Shown here: piece after piece, positions 53,265-64,000 of the stretch | Numbering within the stretch: the stretch's first letter is position 1 | Layout of the letters: each line of letters begins with the position of its first letter | NCBI GenBank assembly: GCA_964016885.1 | Contig: OZ024743.1 | Location: forward strand, 113,274,001-113,338,000 | Source of the DNA: Eledone cirrhosa | Taxonomy: Eukaryota | Direction of reading: 5' to 3' | DNA: 64,000 nucleotides | Made by a program: the position numbers and the translations under genes | The notes under the pieces: generated by a model | Databases searched by the model: none | Seen by the model: only the letters and a program-made list of their open reading frames with translations | What the model was told of the DNA's origin: nothing

Positions 53265-56200
53265 AGTGGGGTATGTTACTTTACCTGTTGTCAGAACACT
53301 AGAGATGGGGTATGTTACTTCACCTGTTGTCAGAACATCAAAGGTGGGTATGTTACTTTACCTGTTGTCAGAACACTAGAAATGAGGTATGTTACTTTAC
53401 CTGTTGTCAGAACACCAAAGGTGGGGTCTGTTACTTTTCCTGTTGTCAGAACACCAAAGGTTGGGTATGTTACTTTACCTGTTGTCAGAACACTAAAGAT
53501 GGGGTATGTTACTTCACCTGTTGTCAGAACACCAGAGATGGGGTATGTTACTTTACCTGTGGTCTGAACACTAGAGATGGGGTATGTTACTTTACTTGTT
53601 GTCTAAACACTAGAGATGGGGTATGTTACTTCACCTGTTTGAACACCAGATATGGGGTATGTTACTTCACCTGTTGTCTGAACACTAGAGATGAGGTATG
53701 TTACTTTACCTGTTGTCAGAACACCAGATATGGGGTATGTTACTTCACCTGTTGTCTGAACACCAGAGGTGGGGTATGTTACTTTACCTGTTGTCTGAAC
53801 ACCAGAGGTGGGGTATGTTACTTTACCTGTTGTCTGAACACCAGATATGAGGTATGTTACTTTACCTGTTGTCTGAACACCAGAGGTGGGGTATGTTACT
53901 TTACCTGTGGTCTGAACACTAGAGATGGGGTATGTTACTTTACCTGTTGTCTAAACACTAGAGATGGGGTATGTTACTTCACCTGTTTGAACACCAGAGA
54001 TGGGGTATGTTACTTCACCTGTTGTCTGAACACCAGTGATGGGGTATGTTACTTCACCTGTTGTCTGAACACCAGAGGTGGCGTATGTTACTTTACCTGT
54101 TGTCTGAACACCAGATATGGGGTATGTTACTTTACCTGTTGTCAGAACATCAGAGATGAGGTATGTTACTTTACCTGTTGTCAGAACACTGGAGATGGGG
54201 TATGTTACTTTACCTGTTGTCAGAACACTAGAGATGAGATATGTTACTTCACCTGTTGTCAGAACACTAGAGATGGGGTATGTTCCTTTACCTGTTGTCT
54301 GAACACTAGAGATGGGGTATGTTACTTTACCTGTTGTCTGAACACCAGAGATGGGGTATGTTACTTCACCTGTTGTCAGAACACTAGAGATGGGGTATGT
54401 TACTTTACCTGTTGTCTGAACACCAGAGATGAGGTATGTTACTTTATCTGTTGTCAGAACACTGGAGATGGGGTATGTTACTTTACCTGTTGTCTGAACA
54501 CTAGAGATAGGGTATGTTACTTTACCTGTTGTCAGAACACTGGAGATGAGGTATGTTACTTTACCTGTTGTCAGAACACCAGAGGTGGGGTATGTTACTT
54601 TACCTGTGGTCTGAACACCAGAGATGAGGTATGTTACTTTACCTGTTGTCTGAACACTAGAGATGAGGTATGTTACTTTACTTGTTGTTTGAACACTAGA
54701 GATGAGATATGTTACTTCACCTGTTGTCAGAACACCAGAGGTGGGGTATGTTACTTTACCTGTGGTCTGAACACCAGAGATGGGGTATGTTACTTCACCT
54801 GTTGTCAGAACACTAGAGATGGGGTATGTTCCTTAACCTGTTGTCTGAACACTAGAGATGGAGTATGTTACTTTACCCGTTGTCAGAACACCAGAGATGC
54901 GGTATGTTACTTCACCTGTTGTCAGAACACCAGAGGCGGGGGTATGTTACTTTACCTGTTTTCGAAACACCAGAGATGAGCTATGTTACTTCACCTGTTG
55001 TCTGACCACTAGAGATGGGGTACGGCACTTTCCCTGTCGTCAGAAATCCAGAGGTGGAGTATGTTACTTTACCTGTTGTCAGAACACCAGAGATGAGGTA
55101 TGTTACTTCACCTGTTGTCAGAACACCAGAGATAAGGAATGTTACTTTACCTGTGGTCTGAACACCAGAGGTGGGGTATGTTACTTCACCTGTTGTCAGA
55201 ACACCAGAGGTGGGGTATGTTACTTCACCTGTTGTTAGAACACTAGAGATGGGGTATGTTACTTCACCTGTTGTTAGAACACTAGAGATGGGGTATGTTA
55301 CTTTACCTTTTGTCAGAACACCAGAGATGAGGTGTGTTATTTCACCTGTTGTCTGAACACCAGAGATGGCATATGTTACTTTACCTGCTGTCTGAACACC
55401 AGAGATGTGGTATGTTACTTTACCTGTTGTCAGAACACCAGAGATGGGGTATGTTACTTCACCTGTTGTCAGAACACCAGAGATGGGGTATGTTACTTCA
55501 CCTGTTGTCAGAACACCAGAGATGGGGTATGTTATTTCACCTGTTGTCAGAACACCAAAGGTGGGGTATGTTACATCACCTGTTGTTAGAACACCAGAGA
55601 TGGGGTACGTTACTTTACCTGTAGTCAGAACACTAACGATGGGGAATGTTATTTTACCTGTTGTAAGAACACCAGAGGTGGGGTATGTTACGTCACCTGT
55701 TGTCTGAACACCAGAGTTGGGGTATGTTACTTTACCTCTTGTCAGAAAACCAGAGATGGGGTACGGTACTTTCCCTGTAGTCAGAACACCAGAGATGGGG
55801 TATGTTACTTCACCTGTTGTCAGAACACCAGAGGTGGGTTATGTTACTTCACCTGTTCCCTGAACACCAGAGATGGGGTATGTTACTTCACCTGTTGTCA
55901 GAACACCAGAGGTGGGGTATGTTACTTCACCTGTTCTCTGAACACCAGAGATGGGGTATGTTACTTCACCTGTTGTCAGAACACCAGAGGTGGGGTATGT
56001 TACTTCACCTGTTCTCTGAACACCAGAGATGGGGTATGTTACTTTACCTATTGTCAGTGAACCAGAAATGGAGTATGTTACTTTACCTGTTGTCAGAATA
56101 CTAGAGGTGGGGTATGTTACTTTACCTGTTGTCAGAACAGCAGAGATTGGGTATGTTACTTTACCTGTTGTCAGAATAGCAGAGATTGGGTATGTTATTT

Positions 56201-56265
56201 CCCCTGTTGTCAGAACACCAGAGATGGGGTACATTACTTCACCTATTGTCAGAACACCAGAGGTA
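53265..56265. repeat. 39-bp minisatellite (~75 copies)
   Basis: Unit gagatggggtatgttactttacctgttgtcagaacacca; explains the RDGVCYFTCCQNT ORF. Confidence 0.96.
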
Positions 56266-56289
56266 GTCTATCTGTTTGTCCTTAAAGGA

Positions 56290-56900
56290 ATCTAGGTGTA
56301 AAAGAATGGCTTATGAGAACAATTCAAGTCTTGTTCGGAGGAACAATCAGCAAAATGAGATTAGGACAGGTGTTTAGTGGGGAAATTAAGGTACAGCTAG
56401 GTGTGCATATGGACTCAGTGCTCAGCCTAATTTTGTTCATTGTAGTTCTCCAGACCATAACAGAGGGGTTTAAGAGCTGGAGAGTGGATTCCAGTTATAA
56501 AAACAGAACTTAGAATCAAAAGGGCTTAGAATAGATGGAAAAATTAAAGTCTCAGTAAGCAGGAAAGAAACCGGTCCCTGGTCCCATCAAGTAAGTGGCC
56601 CTGCTCAATATGTTTCTAGAAAAGGGGTTTGTAGTAATTCTATACAATGTACTCTATGCAAATCTTGGATACACAAAAGGTATAGTGGGATAGCAGGCAG
56701 ACTAACAGGAAATGAAGTGTTTGTATGCAGTAGCTGTTCATGGAAAATTGATAGTAACAGTGCTAGTCATATAAACCTTTTCCAATCTCAGGGGGCATCC
56801 ATAGAAGTGGTTGATAGCTTCCGCTACCTAGGTGATCTAATTAGCAGTGGAGAACGATGCTCTAAGAGCATAGTAGCAAGAATAAAGACAGGATGCTCAT
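56290..56900 (+). pseudogene. Decayed RTE RT fragment, related to 35805-37480
   Basis: GVHMDSVLSLILFIVVLQTITEGFK and IEVVDSFRYLGDLISSG. Confidence 0.8.
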
Positions 56901-57498
56901 ATATGTTTGTATGTTCTTGCAACACATCTCTCTCACCATACTCCATGGAAATGCCTTTATTCTGTCTGCCGGGGCCGTGAGGCAACCTGTGCATGGGCTC
57001 TCATTTGCTTGTAATAGCAAGAGATGGGGAGAGCGAGAGTAACAGAGGTAGTGACATTGGGAATTTGATTCCATTATGTTCAGACCTAATATATATATAT
57101 ACATATTGTATAATATATACTGGCATTTAATGTCCGATAAAGGTTCTTGACACTACCATTGTTATTATCGCCTTCCTCTAACCATAGGACTTGGAGACAT
57201 GAGCCGAATGCTACCATTCTATTACACATCGATGTGGAACTTCTATTTCTAATAACCAACTTTTCACTTATTATTTTGTGTTTGAGACACGTTGGCGGAG
57301 TACTTTTGACGGAAACGAAAAGATTTGTTTTCTAATCCTCCGCCACGACGTAAAGTTTGTAAATCGTTGGCTGGTTGGGGGACAGAGTTGTATCAGATTC
57401 CAGTTGCTAATCACTTTACTGTGTTGACCGTCACAAACAGTCATGACCGGCATGGGATGGGGTTTGGATTCTGTCAATCGATTAGTTATTGATTAAGC

Positions 57499-57617
57499 GA
57501 TACCCGCTGATGAAGCCACATATGCCGATTATGCATTGTTGTATAATATATGCAGACAGATCGTGCAGTACACCTTACTGCTGCATTAAGTGTGGCCGAA
57601 ACTCAAGTCCAGGAACT
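57499..57617 (+). ncRNA. Decayed hammerhead motif with a large branched stem II, inside a ~650-bp insert (57118-57762) bounded by TA-rich tracts
   Basis: tacccg CTGATGA agccacat...gtgtggcc GAAA ctcaag TC cagg. Confidence 0.6.
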
Positions 57618-57786
57618 ACTATAGGCATCCGTTTACGTGTGTTGTATTGAAGCGAATAACTATGTGTATATTCTGGGAATGTATTCTACATTACCTATTG
57701 AGTACGCTGAGATACAACCGGTCCTGGCATTGATATATATGCTGGGTCCGTCAACTCCTTATTATATATATATATATTATACCGGG

Positions 57787-57970
57787 TGTGGATTGGCAGT
57801 ATCGGTAGAGAGTCGGACGCCATGCTTTCCAGCATAGTTACGTCCCTTTACGGTCTGAGTTCAAATCCTGCCGAGGTTAACTTTGCCTTTCATCCTTACG
57901 GGGTCGATAAAATAAAGTACCAGTAATGTACTGGGTAATTGATGGCCTTGTGCCAAACGTAGAAACAATT
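57787..57970 (+). mobile_element. SINE family A
   Basis: Same consensus as 33000. Confidence 0.88.
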
Positions 57971-58742
57971 ATATATATATATATTTACTACACCACCATA
58001 TACACTCCGTCTCTCCCTCCTGTTCACATGCTCTACCAAGTGAATTTTAATGTGGCATCAGCACCAGAGAGGATGTTATTTATTTATTCCAGAATCCTCC
58101 CAGTCCTTTATTCGGCAGATTTTTAACAGGTTCATTGTTGTTTTACTGAGAAGACTCGGGTATGGTTTTAAAAAATGTGTTTGAATATAATTTATGACTG
58201 GAGCATTATGGTATGGTGGGTTAGGTTCATTGTAGGATTATAAATTGCATTTGCTTTGGTTTGTGGATAGATTTATGTTCTAGCTAAGGCAAATGATAGT
58301 CTTACATTGTACATGTATGTATGAGTGTGTGCAAGCTTGTATAGGGAACAGCTTTTAGTTAAATATATGTTATATTGAAAACATGATAGTTTGATGTTTG
58401 ATCCTTTTTATTAAGGATTTTTCATATTTCCTTGTTGGTGTTTTACCTGCAACATAATATAGTGACATAAAAACATTGATGGCTCCAAGAACTTTATTGT
58501 TATGAAACCAAACATAAAGAACTAATAAGGAAATATGGATAATCCTTAAGAACAACAAAAGATCAAACTTAAGCACAATCATGTTTTCAATATAATGTTG
58601 GATTTGTGTCTTCATTTGTGTGTGTATTTATGTTTATATGTAGATGTATGTATGTATGCATCACTCTCTCTCTCTCCATATATTTCATCATCCATTTTTC
58701 CACACTAGCATGGATATGTGTGCACACACAGACACACACTTT

Positions 58743-58773
<31 letters not shown>

Positions 58774-59584
58774 CATCATCCATTTTTCCATGCTAGCATA
58801 AGTATATATATATATATATATATATAAATAACTACATGTATCACCTATCCCTCCTTTTCTCTCTCTCGATACATAAATATTTTTTTATATATTTATATAT
58901 ATACATACATACAAACACATATATATATTCATACATAATCTAAATATTTTTCAGCATATGGTTTTTTTTTTTTTTTAGGAAGTTACGATTGAGTGAGTCA
59001 ATGAGGAAATTATACTGCATCACTGGAAAAAAGATATTTAACTTTCTTATGGTCCTGTACTCCTGGCTATATAACTATACAGATATTATAGATCTGTATA
59101 GTTTACCGCAGTAATCAAACACTCTATAATTGAAATTTGTTCTGTGTTTTGCTACCTTAGCAGTTGATGGGTCTTGTATTAATTCCACCATAATAAGAAA
59201 CCATGTCAGTATATTTACTTGCAATATTAGATAATGATGAAGTCTTTGGATTAAAGGCCAGAATATTCGTTATCATTTGACTTGCCTTGACACTTTCATA
59301 GAATGTTTAATGCAAGCTTTGAATAGAAAAAGTAATTGATCTTCTGAGAAGTTTTCCGAAAGCCTTCAAGTTTTATATATTTATCTATTTTATAATATAT
59401 TTATTGTATAATAGTGATGGGAGTTACAGGTTTTCAATGTGTAAATCATGGGATTCATGCCACCATTGTTCCAGTTTCCTCATCCAATTTTTACCTTCTT
59501 CACTGTTTATATATCAATAAAAGATATACACATATACACATACATTTATATGCATATACACATAATGGCTGACTGAATAAGCAT

Positions 59585-59889
59585 GTACTCTCGGGTCCCA
59601 AATAATAGGGGAGCTTGGAATAAACGAAGGGGTTGGAGATTTGCTTAACCTTCGGTATGAGTTCGTAAATATTGGATTTCTTTTTCTGTCATATATAATG
59701 TTTTTTTAGTATAAAGTAAAATTATTATTAGATTCTCCAGCTGCTGTATCAATATGAATCAATTACACTAAAATTTTGCCAGAGATTGATTAGCAAAATT
59801 TAATAAGCAGGGTGTGGGTGGGGGTTGGAAAAATCTGAAGCATTAATAAGCAGGGGCAGGGTCAATGATTATTCAAATCCTGAGAGTAC
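59585..59889. mobile_element. Probable non-autonomous DNA transposon
   Basis: Imperfect TIRs gtactctcgggtcccaaataat / attattcaaatcctgagagtac. Confidence 0.5.
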
Positions 59890-60129
59890 TTTCCTCTTGT
59901 TTTTTTTTCTGTTTCTTCTTTTCATATATCCTTTTATTTCTTCTTCTATCCCTCATTTTATCTTCCAATGAAGGACTAGCGCCTGAAACATTAACACACT
60001 CTTCCTTCCATATCACGTGTTAAACTAATATATGTTGGTATGATACTGTATTGTACTCTAGTTTTGTTTTTCCTTGTGAACTTTTTGCACACATACGCAT
60101 ATGTAGTAAAAGGTAAACTTAAGGTATAG

Positions 60130-60640
60130 CATCATCATCATCACCGTTTTACGTCCGTTCTTCCACGCTAGCATGGGTTAGACGGGTTGTCCTGTTGTGG
60201 GCAGTGTCTGGTCGGCTGACCATGCCTTGCTCATACAGGAACTGATTTTGGCTTGGTTTCTACAGCTGGATGCCCTTCCTAACACCAACCTCATTTACAG
60301 TGAGTGCTGGGTGCTTTTTTCCGTGGTGCCTACATGTCCACTTTACAGTGTGGGCTGGGTGCTTTTTTGCCGTGGCACCTCCACGACCACCTTGCAGTAG
60401 GAGGGTGTGGTGGCATATTGTCTATATGCTTCAGCTTGTACCCATGGGAGGTCGGGTACTCTGTATTACTGTGTGACGCCAGAGGTCACGGTCGTGTGTC
60501 ATCGCCTTTGAGAGGTATAATTGGGTAAGGTCGGCTTTTATCACCTCATCCCAGGTCATCTTGGGTCTCCCCACTCCGCGGTTTCCATCGACTTCTAGTG
60601 CTCTGCACCTTTTTATGCAGCTGTCATCCTTCATGTACAT
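60130..60640 (-). mobile_element. 5'-truncated RTE LINE 3' end
   Basis: MKDDSCIKRCRALEVDGNRGVGRPKMTWDEVIK. Confidence 0.88.
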
Positions 60641-60769
60641 ATATATATATATTTGTGTGTTTGTTTCTATAGATCACACAGTCACAAGTGTGTAATGCAT
60701 ATAAAATCTAATGTAATCTGAATCAATATCTGTTGCATATATTTAAGTTTGGTCATATTTTGTAAGCGC

Positions 60770-60810
60770 CATATATATGCATACAAACCTTCCCCTACAC
60801 ACATATATAC

Positions 60811-60876
<66 letters not shown>

Positions 60877-60927
60877 ATATATATGTATATATATATATAG
60901 GTATTTATATATATATATAGGTATATG

Positions 60928-60968
<41 letters not shown>

Positions 60969-60995
60969 TCATACACCACAATATATGTATATGTG

Positions 60996-61036
<41 letters not shown>

Positions 61037-61410
61037 TATGTGTGTATGTATACATGTATATGTGTATGTATACATGTATATGTGTATGTGTATATATATA
61101 TGTGTGTGTATGTATATGTATGTATATATATAAATGTGTGTGCATATATATGTGTATGTATATATATGTGTATGTATATATATATATATATGTGTATGTA
61201 TATGTATGTATATAAATGTGTATGTATATATGTATGTATATATATATGTGTGTGCATGAATATGTATGTATATATGTGTGTATGTATATGTATATATGTG
61301 TATGTATATGCATGTGTATATATATATATATGTGTGTATGTATATCTATATATGTGTGTATGTATATATGTATGTATATATATGTATGTATGTACGTATA
61401 TATATATATG

Positions 61411-61473
<63 letters not shown>

Positions 61474-61496
61474 ATGTGTATATATGTGTGTGTGTG

Positions 61497-61538
<42 letters not shown>

Positions 61539-61612
61539 TATGTATGTGTATGTATGTGTATGTATATATATATGTATGTATGTATATGTATGTGTATATG
61601 TATATATAGGTA

Positions 61613-61698
<86 letters not shown>

Positions 61699-61772
61699 TA
61701 CCTATATATACATATACACATACATATACATACATACATATATATATACATACACATACATACACATACATA

Positions 61773-61812
<40 letters not shown>

Positions 61813-61817
61813 CACAA

Positions 61818-61859
<42 letters not shown>

Positions 61860-62022
61860 ATATATATATATGTGTATATATATATATATATATATGTGTA
61901 TATGTATATATATATATGTGAGTGTGTATATATATATATATATATATGTGTATATATATATATATGTGTGTGTATATATATGTGTGTGTGTATATGTATG
62001 TGTGTGTGTGTATATATATATA

Positions 62023-62054
<32 letters not shown>

Positions 62055-62060
62055 CTTTTG
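60770..62060. repeat. (TA)/(TG)/(CA) compound microsatellite with an internal palindrome
   Basis: Direct inspection. Confidence 0.92.
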
Positions 62061-62479
62061 TGTACATCCATATATGAATATATGAATACATATGTATATT
62101 TGTGTATGTTAAAATATGTATATTGACAACAATGAATTATTTTGCGCAAAAACATCGTTTTTAATATATTCCAATTCATTTTTTCATTGCTTATTCTTTT
62201 TCTATATTATTTATTCCATGTAAACATTATTAACATAGCAATATATGGAAGTGTCTTTAAATAGGAATCTTTGTTTTATTGAAAAATCAAAATTTTAAAG
62301 ATCATTGCCAAGTACTTTTTTTATTTTGTTATTTTTCCATTTATTGTAAATTTTTTTTTTTTTTTCCTTTTTTTCTTTTTTTAGGGAGGGATGTGTGTGG
62401 TGATGAGGGGTATGGTTGGCTATTTGGTTGGTTCCTTCGTTCGATGTTTGGTTGTTTACTCTTGGAATGGTTCCAGTTA

Positions 62480-63110
62480 CCGAGAAAGTAACTTACACAC
62501 ACTCATGGTAAGCTGCCAAGAGACAAACAGTTTTAACACACTTGTTGAAATTTCACTTGTTTGGTCAGGAAAATTAAAAATAGACCTGCAAATCTCTGAA
62601 ACCCTTGAATTTCTTTAGTCGTCTTTTAGCTTACAGGAATTGATTGAGATCTGCCAGTAAATGGCATTCAGCTATCTGTCCCCCATCCTGTCTCTCTCTG
62701 CACGAAGGGCTAAAAGTCTGAAATGTTGAACTCTGATCTCTATTTCTTCCTGTTACAGTGGGATGTAAAATACTTACAGGGTATTTTCATAGTTGAGTGC
62801 ATAGCTCAGTGATCAGAGATTCACTCCAGGTAGAGCTGCTACATCTCCGAATTGAGAGATCACAGCTCTGATACTATGGGCACGTGGTAGAATGTTTCAA
62901 GAAAGAATCGCTGACAGCTTTTATGGGCAAAATCAACTGACAGAAGACCCGAGGGTTAACCCTGAGCAAGATGGTTGGATAACATCCATGAGCTTGGCTG
63001 GTCATGCTCAGGGATCCAGCTGGATCAGTTGGTGACAGAACCTTCTGATATGACCCACTCGAAGGAGTGTTTGAAGACTGTGTCCCTACGACCCTCCCAG
63101 GATTAAGTGG
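62480..63110 (+). pseudogene. Decayed RTE-clade ORF end, second family
   Basis: Broken frames read IERSQL.YYGHV...QERIA...RWLDNIHELGW. Confidence 0.65.
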
Positions 63111-63369
63111 GCGAAGAAAAAGAAGAAATCTTTTGGATTGATACCTATACGCCAATGCAGCATCAACCTCTACATGGTTTCATCATATTTCATCTGCAGT
63201 CAAAATCATAGAGCCCATAACCTTGCCTTAAAAGTCTTGTGTATGAGCCATTTAATCTTTTCTGTAACTTTTCTATCATTGTCCACGTTTCAGAGCCATA
63301 CAAAATATAGACTCAACCTTAACCCCTAACATTTGTACTTTTAATTCAACACTTAAATTGTTAACTATA

Positions 63370-63543
63370 AATGTGGTTGGTGTTAGGAATGGCAACCAGC
63401 CGTGGAAAACCTGCCAGAGACATTTCTGTATGAGCGAGACACGGTCTTCACACCAATCTCGCCTCAAGTGGAACAAAACCATCCAACCCATGCTAACGTG
63501 GAAGATAGATGTTAAATGATTATGATGATGATGATGATGATGA
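63370..63543 (+). mobile_element. RTE-type 3' tail fragment
   Basis: ggttggtgttaggaatggca...acccatgctaacgtggaag...(gat)n. Confidence 0.75.
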
Positions 63544-64000
63544 CCACACAATGTCCACCTCTACATTGGATGGTTACCTATATGAAAGGTCAGTAACTCC
63601 ACTTGAATATTGACTCAGTCTGTAAAGACCTATTCAATCCTGGCTAGCAGGGAAAATGGACATTAAATGATGATGCCAACACAGTGCCAACCACCAGATT
63701 GAATTACTATTTATATGTTGATACATTATCCTCTTCTAGGGTGAGCTGGGTATCTTGCCCATAAGCCAACATGCTTCCTTCTGTTAGATTGGAATGGTAC
63801 ATATTTTTCATCACAGTACCTTCTCCTAGCTAAAACTGAATTACTACATATATGTCAGAGCAGTACTTACATCTAGATAGGATTACTATCCATGGGCCAA
63901 AGCAGTACTCTATTTGCTGGATTGCTACACACAAGCTGATGCAGTAGTCTCCCCTATATTTAGATCATCATCATCATCATCATCTTCGTTTAACGTCCAT

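Noticed and set aside
53312-54979. 555-aa Cys-rich ORF, resembling a metallothionein or toxin repeat
   Set aside because: 39-bp minisatellite; frameshifts occur further along the array, and there is no signal peptide or splice context
60682-62179. Long YI/HT/CV ORFs, also at 5.7-9.6 kb
   Set aside because: Dinucleotide microsatellites lack stop codons
62874-63155. 93-aa minus-strand ORF
   Set aside because: Antisense to a decayed RTE fragment

Overview
AT-rich, repeat-saturated eukaryotic DNA, intronic or intergenic. The (TA)n/(CA)n/(CAT)n load and the SINE/RTE families suggest an octopus or other cephalopod genome, which is an inference. No host exon can be supported; most long ORFs in the track are translations of micro- or minisatellites. 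Recognisable coding remnants are retroelement pieces: an RTE-clade RT (35.8-37.5 kb) with many 3' fragments, a CR1-clade RT (37.6-39.1 kb) and a short CRE-like C-terminus (10.4 kb). tRNA-derived SINEs, TTAA-flanked piggyBac-type MITEs and a hAT-type MITE are also present. The main finding is a non-coding hammerhead-ribozyme (HHR) system. A 5.5-kb array of near-identical 310-bp units (24.9-30.4 kb) carries one type I HHR with a palindromic stem III per unit. It has 5 copies on the minus strand joined head-to-head with 13 copies on the plus strand, inserted in a (TA)n tract, and looks like a retrozyme or Penelope-like (PLE) circular-RNA product. Several small fold-back elements in (TA)n tracts share this architecture and carry HHRs whose stem III changes sequence but stays palindromic.
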